From assembly GCA_020726185.1 (NCBI GenBank), contig DYTB01000006.1, forward strand, positions 1-61,233: a stretch of DNA of 61,233 nucleotides, written 5' to 3'. This stretch comes from Candidatus Odyssella sp. GTDB lineage: Bacteria; Pseudomonadota; Alphaproteobacteria; Paracaedibacterales; CAITNM01. Under the pieces are notes generated by a model, which was not told where the DNA came from, did not search any database, and was given only the letters and a program-made list of their open reading frames with translations. This document shows, in pieces, positions 51,456 through 59,997 of this stretch (position 1 is the first letter of the stretch; every line of letters starts with the position of its first letter). A program made the position numbers and the translations under genes.

Positions 51456-52038
51456 AAGGGGCAATGCGCTAATTTTAGCAACTCATAATCAGGGAAAGTT
51501 AGAGGAATTTAAAACTCTTCTTTCCTTGTACGATTTAAATATTAATAGCTCTGGAAATCTTGACATTGAAGAACCTGAGGAGACAAAAAATACCTTTGAA
51601 GGTAATGCCCTGCTAAAAGCAAAATATACAGCAGAAAAAACAGGACATGTTTCCCTAGCAGACGATTCTGGACTTGTTGTGCCAGCTTTGGATGGTATGC
51701 CTGGTATTTACTCTGCACGATGGGCAGGTCCGGAACGTAACTTCGCTATTGCCCATAAAAAAATCAATGACCTTCTTGAAGATAAGCCAAGAGACGCCTA
51801 TTTCACATGCGTACTAGCTGTTGCATGGCCTGATGGTTCATCAAAAATTTTTGAAGGTCAAAGCCATGGAGAACTGGTATGGCCAACTCGCGGCGATGGC
51901 GGATTTGGTTATGATTGCATGTTCATTCCTGCCGGTGACACACGCACCTATGCTCAAATGACAAAGGCAGAAAAATCAAAATCATCACATAGAACTAAGG
52001 CCTTCAAATTATTTCAAGAAAGTCTTTTGCCAGATTAA
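51421..52038 (+). CDS. rdgB: Non-canonical purine NTP pyrophosphatase
   Basis: ATHNQGK, ADDSGL, PGIYSAR, GFGYD and SHR. Confidence 0.93.
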   Translation: MLSQEWPSLKLKRGNALILATHNQGKLEEFKTLLSLYDLNINSSGNLDIEEPEETKNTFEGNALLKAKYTAEKTGHVSLADDSGLVVPALDGMPGIYSARWAGPERNFAIAHKKINDLLEDKPRDAYFTCVLAVAWPDGSSKIFEGQSHGELVWPTRGDGGFGYDCMFIPAGDTRTYAQMTKAEKSKSSHRTKAFKLFQESLLPD

Positions 52039-52210
52039 GAAAATTTCGAGCCCTTAGGCCCACGATCCGTGCTTATTTAAATATTTTCATTTTTTAAATT
52101 TATATTTTATTAAAATGCTAAATAATATTTTTCGTCTTATTTCGCAAAGACTAGTTTTCTATATCGGTTTTTTTTTGTAGTATGTGCACATTCAAGTTAT
52201 ATGTGTAGTT

Positions 52211-53113
52211 ATGAAAAGCGTTACAGTTTTACTAGGTGGTTGCGGCAAAGAACGCGAGGTTTCTTTAAATTCAGGGAACGCTACCCTTTCGGCACTTAAT
52301 GAACTTGGTTTTTTGACATCAACCATTGATCTACCAAGTGATCTCAATGAACTTATTACACAACTAAAAGAAACCAAACCGGATGTCGTTTTTAATTGTT
52401 TGCATGGCCCCATTGGCGAAGATGGAACAGTCCAAGGTATTTTGAATAAATTGAATATTCCTTATACACATTCTGGAGTTTTAGCATCTACAAATGCTAT
52501 GGACAAATGGACCTCTTATCAAATTTTCAAAGATAATAATATTCCTACTCCCGAAACTGTAAAAATAAATTTAGCAAACACGGCTAAGTGCCCTATAACA
52601 TATCCGTGCATGGCAAAACCTATTAATGAAGGCTCTAGCGTAGGCATTAAAATTATTTCATCCGACAGTGAATGGAAACAACTGCAACAAGAGTGGACAT
52701 TTGGCAATGAATGCATAATACAAGAATATTTAAAACAACGAGAAATTCATGTGGCAGTTCTTGATGGTGTATCGTTGGGAACCATTGAGATATGTCCAAA
52801 AGAAAATTTTTCTTTTTTTAGTTATCAGGCTAAGTACGTGCCTGGAGAATCGAAGTTTCTGTGTCCTGCCCCAATTAATATAGATATGGAGAATCTTGCA
52901 AAAGAAACTGCTTTAAAAACTTATAAGGCAATAGGATGCAGAGGATTAGCAAGAGTGGATATGATGTTTGATGGACATATATTCAGTGTGTTAGAATTAA
53001 ACACACAACCAGGATTCACAGCAACATCTTTAGCACCACAAATTGCAAAAAGCCAAGGCATTTCCTTTGCTGAACTAGTAAAAAGAATGGTAGCAAGCGC
53101 CAAATGCGATTAA
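52211..53113 (+). CDS. ddl: D-alanine--D-alanine ligase
   Basis: EREVSL, LHGPIGEDG, EGSSVG and ELNTQPGFT. Likely start ATG 52211. Confidence 0.93.
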   Translation: MKSVTVLLGGCGKEREVSLNSGNATLSALNELGFLTSTIDLPSDLNELITQLKETKPDVVFNCLHGPIGEDGTVQGILNKLNIPYTHSGVLASTNAMDKWTSYQIFKDNNIPTPETVKINLANTAKCPITYPCMAKPINEGSSVGIKIISSDSEWKQLQQEWTFGNECIIQEYLKQREIHVAVLDGVSLGTIEICPKENFSFFSYQAKYVPGESKFLCPAPINIDMENLAKETALKTYKAIGCRGLARVDMMFDGHIFSVLELNTQPGFTATSLAPQIAKSQGISFAELVKRMVASAKCD

Positions 53114-54000
53114 TCCCTATCAGAAAAAAAAATACTCTTTTAGCAAAGCGCTCAAAGAATGAATCTAATAAAATTACGTCTACACGCAAGGTAAACAAAA
53201 AGAAAAATGCTCGTACAATGCGAGTATACGCTGATTATTTTAAATATTTTCTTGGATTTATTGTTATAGCGACAGTTTGTGGTTCGTGGTTTCAAGGATA
53301 TCCACAAAAAGTATACTCAAACACAGTAGATGGAATCCATAGATTCACAGCATCGTTAGGATTTAAGGTACAAGAAATTGTTGTGCAAGGCAGAATTCAC
53401 ACTCAACAACAAGATTTAATGAAAGCTTTAAAAATTAATCGTGGGGATTCTATATTTTCAATTGACCTTCAACAAACAAGATTTCGGCTTGAAAAACTAG
53501 AATGGATTCGCCGTGCTACTGTTGTGCGAAGCCTGCCAGACATTGTTCATATTAAAATTGAAGAACGGCATCCTATAGCCATATGGCAGCACCATAATCA
53601 ATTCAATTTAGTTGACGAAGACGGTTCAGCCATTCTTACAAAAGATCATCGACATTATGGAGTTTTGCCGCTAGTAGTTGGAGAAGGTGCACCTCAAAAA
53701 TCTCCTGATATTTTAAAAATCTTAATGAAATTTCCTAATATACAAAAAAATCTTCAAGCATTATCGCGTGTACATGAGCGACGTTGGAATATCTATTTAG
53801 TAGGCGGCGTACTAGTAAAGCTTTCAGACCATTCATTAAACCAAGGCCTTGCTTTGCTTGAGCTCCTTTTAACTGAGCAAAGATTATCAGTAAAAAATGT
53901 ACAAGAAGTTGATCTACGTTCTCCAGAACGGTATTTCTTGCGCGTAACACCTGAAACAATACAAAAAATAAAGTCCAATAGAAAAGGCAAAATAGCATAA
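53104..54000 (+). CDS. ftsQ: Cell division protein FtsQ
   Basis: Basic N-terminus, TM segment, POTRA-like region, LPD..HIKIEER.P.AIWQ, RRW and DLR; follows ddl. Confidence 0.85.
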   Translation: MRLIPIRKKNTLLAKRSKNESNKITSTRKVNKKKNARTMRVYADYFKYFLGFIVIATVCGSWFQGYPQKVYSNTVDGIHRFTASLGFKVQEIVVQGRIHTQQQDLMKALKINRGDSIFSIDLQQTRFRLEKLEWIRRATVVRSLPDIVHIKIEERHPIAIWQHHNQFNLVDEDGSAILTKDHRHYGVLPLVVGEGAPQKSPDILKILMKFPNIQKNLQALSRVHERRWNIYLVGGVLVKLSDHSLNQGLALLELLLTEQRLSVKNVQEVDLRSPERYFLRVTPETIQKIKSNRKGKIA

Positions 54001-54003
54001 AAT

Positions 54004-54039
54004 AAAACAGTCTTAGATAATTAAATCTAAGACTGTTTT
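54004..54039. terminator. Bidirectional hairpin terminator after ftsQ
   Basis: AAAACAGTCTTAGAT-AATTAA-ATCTAAGACTGTTTT, a perfect 15-bp inverted repeat. Confidence 0.8.
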
Positions 54040-54056
54040 GCAAGAAATTTAAATTG

Positions 54057-54305
54057 TTAGTGTTTTACAACTTGAGTTTGAGCAGCAGGTGCTTGTTTTC
54101 TATCTTGCCTTCTTTGTTGTTTTGCAGCTTTTTTTGCTGCTTTATTTGAATATTGTGGTTGCTTCTTAGCAGCAACAGCAGGATTTGCTTGAGCTGCTAC
54201 TGCTGGTTTCGCAGCAGATTTCTTATTTTTTCCACCCCTTGCAGATACGTCACTTGCTACGCTCATTAATGCTACAGCCATAAAAGCTAAAAATACTTTT
54301 TTCAT
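54057..54305 (-). CDS. Small secreted Lys/Ala/Gln-rich protein
   Basis: GGAG RBS; signal MKKVFLAFMAVALMSVASDVSA; strongly basic mature part. Confidence 0.7.
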   Translation of the reverse strand: MKKVFLAFMAVALMSVASDVSARGGKNKKSAAKPAVAAQANPAVAAKKQPQYSNKAAKKAAKQQRRQDRKQAPAAQTQVVKH

Positions 54306-54334
54306 TTAAATCTCCGCTCAATACGTTAAAATTA

Positions 54335-54622
54335 CTATTTTTTGCCTGGCATTTTTGCTTTTACAGCATTAGCCATTTTTCTGAACATTCCTGGGTTCGC
54401 TGGAGCTGCTGGCGCATTTGCTACAGGAGCTTTTGGAGCCATCATAGATTTTGCTCCTGCCACTGCTTGACCTCCCATTTTAGAAGCTCCTGCCATCGCT
54501 TTTTTACCATAATTCATCATGTTACTCATCATGTCTGGTTGCTTAGCTGGTGCTACTGCTGCATCAACACATGAAACACTCATTAATACTGCAGCTACAA
54601 GAGCTATTGTTACTTTTTTCAT
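54335..54622 (-). CDS. Small secreted Met/Ala/Lys-rich protein
   Basis: GGAG RBS; signal MKKVTIALVAAVLMSVSCVDA, similar to that of the neighbouring gene. Confidence 0.7.
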   Translation of the reverse strand: MKKVTIALVAAVLMSVSCVDAAVAPAKQPDMMSNMMNYGKKAMAGASKMGGQAVAGAKSMMAPKAPVANAPAAPANPGMFRKMANAVKAKMPGKK

Positions 54623-54705
54623 ATATTTCTCCATTTACTTAAAAGAATCATTACCATACTTATATTGTTACCATTTAAAAGTTAATAAATTGCTAATTAC
54701 AAAAA

Positions 54706-55470
54706 TTATGCAGCATTAAGTAATGGACGCACATAAGGCGTATCAAGCAATCGCAATAATGCCATCCATTCTAATTTCAGATGAACTTCACGTTTTGAAA
54801 GTGCTTGTTCGTGTGCTCTCACACACACTTCTGTTGGAATAGTGCATATTGAAAGCCCTTGCGCTAATGTCCTTACCTGAATTTCAGCTGCTTTTTCGAG
54901 CATGTACATTAGCATAAACGCTTCGGGAATAGTCGTTCCAACGGTCAATGAACCGTGATTACGTAAAAGCATTACTTTTTTTTCGCCTAGGTCACGAACA
55001 ATGGTAACTTTTTCATCTTCACGCATCGCGATACCTTCATAATCGTGATATGCAACCTCACCAAATAAGTGTAAGGCATGCTGAGAAATTGGTAAAAGTC
55101 CTTCTTTTACAGAGCTAACAGCAACACCGTTAATTGTATGCAAGTGCAACACACAACCAATGTCTGGTCTTGCAGCATGAGTAGCACCATGAATAACTGA
55201 ACCTGCTGGGTTAATCTCGTGAATGGTATCGCTTAATATTTCCCCGTCGAAGCTAACCTTAATTAAGTTGGTTGGCGTAACTTCATGAAAATGTAAACCA
55301 AAAGGATTAATCAAAAAACATCCTGGCTGTTCAGGCACTCGTGCAGTAAAATGCGTATATATTAAATCTGTCCAACCATACATTCCAGCCAAATGATACG
55401 CTGCCGTTAGTTCCAACCGAGCTTTCCATTCACTATCTGATATATCATTTCGCATAATTTTAGATTTCAT
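54706..55470 (-). CDS. Class II aldolase/adducin family protein
   Basis: DLIYTHFTAR, FLINPFG, INPAGSVIH, HLHT and LRNHG. Confidence 0.9.
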   Translation of the reverse strand: MKSKIMRNDISDSEWKARLELTAAYHLAGMYGWTDLIYTHFTARVPEQPGCFLINPFGLHFHEVTPTNLIKVSFDGEILSDTIHEINPAGSVIHGATHAARPDIGCVLHLHTINGVAVSSVKEGLLPISQHALHLFGEVAYHDYEGIAMREDEKVTIVRDLGEKKVMLLRNHGSLTVGTTIPEAFMLMYMLEKAAEIQVRTLAQGLSICTIPTEVCVRAHEQALSKREVHLKLEWMALLRLLDTPYVRPLLNAA

Positions 55471-55633
55471 TAGGGGTTATAACTTTAATTTAGAAAAGAA
55501 ATAGTTAAAATTTTATTAAAATAAACGTTTTAAAAACCATTGCTATCACAATTTCTAAACACAGATTGCACAATAACAGATAAAATCTTAAATTTGTGAG
55601 CAATTTTGGATTTAACTGAACTGCAAATACTTT

Positions 55634-56281
55634 TTGAAAAAAATTAAATTATGTTGGATTAATCATTTTTTAGTTTCAGGTTTTGATATATTCAAAGAAT
55701 TATTTTTATTTATTAGTCAGATGTTTTTACATAAATTAAAGCCAATCCTCATATGTTTAATCATAAGTTTAATCAGCCTTTCCTCTCTTGAAGCTAGAAA
55801 ACGCAGTAAAACTGAAACGGCAGGAGATGTTATTCAAATAACCATTCCTGTTACATCTCTTTTGATTGCTTTTGGTAAAGATGACACAGAAGGTATGAAA
55901 CAACTTTTTTACAGTGTTGCCGCTTCAACCGCAGCAACTTGGGGATTAAAGCTTGCTTTTAACAAAAAAAGACCAAAAGGTGGAAAGTATTCATTTCCAT
56001 CTGGACACACAAGCTTAGCATTTAGCGGCGCATCTTTCCTGGGAATGCGCTACGGTGCAGCTTATGGAGTACCATCCATAGGTGCAGCTTCTTACGTTGG
56101 TTATACTCGCGTACATGCACGTCGTCACTATTGGGGCGATGTAATAGGCGGTGGTATCATTGGCGGTCTATCTGGCTTCCTTTTCACAACTCCTTACCAA
56201 GAAGTAAAGAAGACTGAAAAGCAAAAGACTGCAGAGAATCCAGAACTAAATAATGACGAAAGTTCTGCAAATAAAAAATAA
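55634..56281 (+). CDS. PAP2 family phosphatase
   Basis: K...KRP, SFPSGHT and RV...HYWGDV. Likely start ATG 55721. Confidence 0.85.
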   Translation: MKKIKLCWINHFLVSGFDIFKELFLFISQMFLHKLKPILICLIISLISLSSLEARKRSKTETAGDVIQITIPVTSLLIAFGKDDTEGMKQLFYSVAASTAATWGLKLAFNKKRPKGGKYSFPSGHTSLAFSGASFLGMRYGAAYGVPSIGAASYVGYTRVHARRHYWGDVIGGGIIGGLSGFLFTTPYQEVKKTEKQKTAENPELNNDESSANKK

Positions 56282-56330
56282 CTTGCCATTTTGCTTGTTT
56301 TTTAAGCACTTTTGCCGTAGCTTATAAAAC

Positions 56331-57314
56331 ATGCACCCTACAATTAACATTGGCTCCATTAGCCTTGATATGAACGTATTCCTAGCACCCATGACGGGTG
56401 TTAGTGATATGGCATTCAGAAGTCTTGTAAAACGAATGGGTGCCGGACTCGTTATTTCAGAAATGATTGCTAGCCAGGCAATGATTCGCCAAACACGCGC
56501 AAGCATGCGCATGATTCAAGCTCATGGTGAAGAGCCTATGGTAGTTCAACTGGCAGGTTGCGAACCTGAAGTTATGGCAGAAGCAGCAAAATTAAACGAA
56601 GACTTGGGCGCTAAAATTATAGATATTAACATGGGCTGCCCTGTGAAAAAAGTTGTTAATGGGCACGCTGGATCAGCCTTAATGCGCAATGAATCTTTAG
56701 CTGCAAAAATTATTGAAGCAACAGTAAAAGCAGTAAAGGTCCCTGTAACCCTTAAAATGCGTACAGGTTGGGATGATAATAGTCGCAATGCTCCAAAGCT
56801 AGCTAAAATAGCTGAAGATTTAGGTATTCAAATGATTACGGTTCATGGCCGTACACGTTGTCAGCTATATAATGGAAGGTCCGACTGGAAATTTATACGC
56901 TCGGTAAAAGAAGCCATAAACCTTCCTGTTATAGGCAATGGTGATGTTGTCACCGTTGAAGATGCTAAAAATTTATTAGAACAAAGCGGAGCAGATGGAG
57001 TAATGATTGGTCGCGGTGCATATGGCCGCCCTTGGTTTATAAAACAAGCACACGATTACTTAACAACCGGAGCTACCCCTAAAGATCCATCACTCGAAGA
57101 ACAGCTAGAAATTATTCTTGGACACTTTGAAGATATTTTACACCTATATGGTGTTGAAGGCGGTGTCAAGATTGCTCGCAAACATCTGGGGTGGTACAGT
57201 AAGGGACTTAAAGATTCCGCCGAATATAGGGTACACGTTAACCAAACTGAGTGCCCCTTACAGATGCGTGATCTCGTTCGAAATTTTTACAACCAACAAA
57301 CAGAATTAATATAA
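56331..57314 (+). CDS. dusB: tRNA-dihydrouridine synthase B
   Basis: LAPMTG, DINMGCP, VHGRT and GNGD. Confidence 0.95.
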   Translation: MHPTINIGSISLDMNVFLAPMTGVSDMAFRSLVKRMGAGLVISEMIASQAMIRQTRASMRMIQAHGEEPMVVQLAGCEPEVMAEAAKLNEDLGAKIIDINMGCPVKKVVNGHAGSALMRNESLAAKIIEATVKAVKVPVTLKMRTGWDDNSRNAPKLAKIAEDLGIQMITVHGRTRCQLYNGRSDWKFIRSVKEAINLPVIGNGDVVTVEDAKNLLEQSGADGVMIGRGAYGRPWFIKQAHDYLTTGATPKDPSLEEQLEIILGHFEDILHLYGVEGGVKIARKHLGWYSKGLKDSAEYRVHVNQTECPLQMRDLVRNFYNQQTELI

Positions 57315-57318
57315 AATT

Positions 57319-57546
57319 ATGACCGGAATTGCAGCAGTTATTGAAAAAATGGTGAAAGAGTATTTTACAACTCAAGGTGACCATATTACCGATTCAAGCC
57401 TTTATAATACAGTACTTCAGGAAGTAGAACGTCCCCTTCTAGAACAAACTCTTCATGCCGTAAAAGGTAATAAAGCAAAAGCAGCAAGAGTTCTGGGGAT
57501 TAACCGCAACACCCTTCACAAAAAAATTAGTGAACATGGTTTGTAA
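57319..57546 (+). CDS. Fis-like HTH_8 protein (resembles the NtrC C-terminal domain)
   Basis: YF...LYNTVLQEVERPLL...GNKAKAARVLGINRNTLHKK; starts 4 bp after dusB. Confidence 0.85.
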   Translation: MTGIAAVIEKMVKEYFTTQGDHITDSSLYNTVLQEVERPLLEQTLHAVKGNKAKAARVLGINRNTLHKKISEHGL

Positions 57547-58266
57547 TGCTGCGTATTTGTGCAGGCCTGTTCAAGGGTAGGCATTTAAAGTTACCTTCAG
57601 AATCTGTTTCTCGCCCTTCATCTGATAGGCTACGTCAAGCCGTTTTCAACATACTCACAAACATGCTGAATTTTAATGAGCTACGCGTTCTTGACGCATT
57701 CGCTGGCTCAGGTGCTTTAGGTTTAGAGGCACTGTCTCGTGGAGCTAAATCAGTTGTTTTTTGTGAAAATAATCTTTTAGCTCAGCAAGTGCTTAAAGAG
57801 AATGTTTTAGGTACAAAAGCTAATCATGCAGATATTTCAATAACTAATGATATTTTTCAACTCAAGACAGACCCCTTTGATTTGGTTTTTCTAGACCCAC
57901 CTTATGATATGGGCCTAGAACTTAAGGCAATTGATTGCTTACTAGAAAAAAAACTTATATCTGAAAATGGAATTATAGTTGTTGAACAACGAAAAGGCGC
58001 GACAATTATCAATCACAAAGGCTTTACTGCTCAAGACAGACCCCTTTGATTTGGTTTTTCTAGACCCACCTTATGATATGGGCCTAGAACTTAAGGCAAT
58101 TGATTGCTTACTAGAAAAAAAACTTATATCTGAAAATGGAATTATAGTTGTTGAACAACGAAAAGGCGCGACAATTATCAATCACAAAGGCTTTACTGCA
58201 CAAGAACCACGAGTTTACGGCAAATGCCAAATTACGATTTTACAGCTTATCCAGCCAAACGATTAA
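57546..58266 (+). pseudogene. rsmD: 16S rRNA m2G966 methyltransferase RsmD, C-terminus frameshifted by a tandem duplication
   Basis: MLRICAG..KGR, RPSSDRLR, DAFAGSGALGLEALSRGA and FLDPPY. The RVYG tail now lies in another frame. Confidence 0.8.
57861..58198 (+). repeat. Exact 169-bp tandem duplication
   Basis: Copies at 57861-58029 and 58030-58198; junction microhomology CTCAAGA/CACAAGA. Confidence 0.95.
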
Positions 58267-59716
58267 CTGCCCAAGCATGAGTCTTATTATCAAAATAAAA
58301 CTCTTCTGCACCGCCATCTTGCTCGAAAACATTGATTTCTTCTAGTAAACGTCCTTGGTTGAAAATAATTTTTTCATCGTAGCCAATTTTAATACCATAA
58401 TTCCTAAAAGCAATTGTAAAATGACCACTTTTAATTAGTGAAGGAATCGCTTTAATCACGTCATTAAGGGTAAAAATGTCATGATTCCCCAATTTTTCAA
58501 CACAGATCAGTGCATGATTAGACCCAGGGAACATAGGAAGCTTTTCAATGAAACCACTTCCCAAACGTGCATTGGTTATAAGCACTCGGTTTTTACCCTT
58601 TAGGCCGGAACGACGGATCATAACATCATCGGCTTCAAAGAATGTAGCTCCACCGAACACAACCATACGCTTAACTTGACGATCGTTCATATTGTAAGGC
58701 GCTATAGATAATTTCATTTTTTTGCCATAACGAACAATTGAAAGTTTGACTTTTTTATTAGCGACTCCAATTTCATTAATAATTTTATCTAGCTTGTATA
58801 AATTTGGACCAATTTCTTGCCCATCAATTTCAAGAATGCAATCTCCTGCTTCTAACACACCTTCGGCAGGACTATCTGGCATAATGCTGTGCACCTTTAA
58901 TGCGCGATGAAACGCTTCTGGGTATTTCTTTGCATATTCAACGGCACTGTCTTCTGAAAAACTGTAATATTTTACTAAATCACCCAAAGATGAATACGTA
59001 AAAATTGCCCCCAGGGAAAAGCACTTTGGTTCTTTGCCGGCTTTAAGAGATTCTAGTATCTCTACTCCATAAGCTATAGGAAGCGCAAAAGCACTGGTTG
59101 CCATGTTTGACGCAAAAATTATTCCAATAACCTTACCAGAAGCAACGTCGTAAACCATGGAGCCACTTCCCCCACCTTGCATATTTAAACTAATACGCAT
59201 TGCATGCTGAGGAAGATGTCCTTCTATTTCATTAGGGTTTGCGACTACACCTGTTTGTGTTGAAAAATGGCGATTTTCATTTTTTCCAATAATTAATACA
59301 TTTGTGCCTGTTTGAATTGAATCACTACTAAGTGATAAATCCTCTGTGAGCCCCATATCTTTTAAATCACCTTGAAAGACAGCTATGTCAGCTGTGGGGT
59401 CACTGTAGATAAGTTTCAAAGGAATTTCTTTACCAGAAGAAAGCGTTGCTAAGTATTCAGCAATTACTTTGTTTCCAGCTGCTACATGAGCGTTTGAAAA
59501 AATATAGCCATTTTTAGCATCAACAATAAATCCAGTCCCAGCCGTGGGTGAAACATCACCATATGCTGCAACAATACTGCGTGATTTTATGCTGACAACA
59601 TATGGCTGAAGCTTAGCTAAAAGCTTTGGGTCAGTACTGGAAAATACATTACTAAAAAAAATTAGGCTGATGAAAGCATATTTCACCAGCCCTAAAACAG
59701 GAGCAATAAATTTCAT
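58247..59716 (-). CDS. Trypsin-like S1 serine protease with PDZ domain (Nma111/DEG7-like)
   Basis: GTGFIVD, SNAHV (His), DPTADIA (Asp), GGGSGS (Ser), PDZ SPAEGVLEAGD; signal-like N-terminus. Confidence 0.8.
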   Translation of the reverse strand: MKFIAPVLGLVKYAFISLIFFSNVFSSTDPKLLAKLQPYVVSIKSRSIVAAYGDVSPTAGTGFIVDAKNGYIFSNAHVAAGNKVIAEYLATLSSGKEIPLKLIYSDPTADIAVFQGDLKDMGLTEDLSLSSDSIQTGTNVLIIGKNENRHFSTQTGVVANPNEIEGHLPQHAMRISLNMQGGGSGSMVYDVASGKVIGIIFASNMATSAFALPIAYGVEILESLKAGKEPKCFSLGAIFTYSSLGDLVKYYSFSEDSAVEYAKKYPEAFHRALKVHSIMPDSPAEGVLEAGDCILEIDGQEIGPNLYKLDKIINEIGVANKKVKLSIVRYGKKMKLSIAPYNMNDRQVKRMVVFGGATFFEADDVMIRRSGLKGKNRVLITNARLGSGFIEKLPMFPGSNHALICVEKLGNHDIFTLNDVIKAIPSLIKSGHFTIAFRNYGIKIGYDEKIIFNQGRLLEEINVFEQDGGAEEFYFDNKTHAWAVNRLAG

Positions 59717-59721
59717 GAAAT

Positions 59722-59892
59722 TTATTTTATTTTTGCTTCACGGAATACTACGTGCTTACGTACAACTGGGTCATACTTTTTAAGTTCTAGCTTTTCAGGC
59801 TTCTTGCGTGGGTTCTTTTTCGTAACATAAAAGAAACCTGTATCCGCTGAGCTTAGAAGCTTAATATTTAGAGTTGCTGTTTTCTTTGCCAT
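59722..59892 (-). CDS. rpmG: 50S ribosomal protein L33 (not in ORF track)
   Basis: Manual translation [56 protein letters not shown]. Confidence 0.97.
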   Translation of the reverse strand: MAKKTATLNIKLLSSADTGFFYVTKKNPRKKPEKLELKKYDPVVRKHVVFREAKIK

Positions 59893-59997
59893 GATTCATT
59901 TTTCACATATCTAATTACTGTTATAATTACCAAATCGCTAAACGTTATGCAAGCTTTTTATGGCATTGATTTTACCCGATGCCATTTTACAGAAGAA

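Noticed and set aside
57979-58345. ORFs 57979..58266 and 58148..58345 as independent paralogous genes
   Set aside because: They are products of the 169-bp duplication within rsmD.
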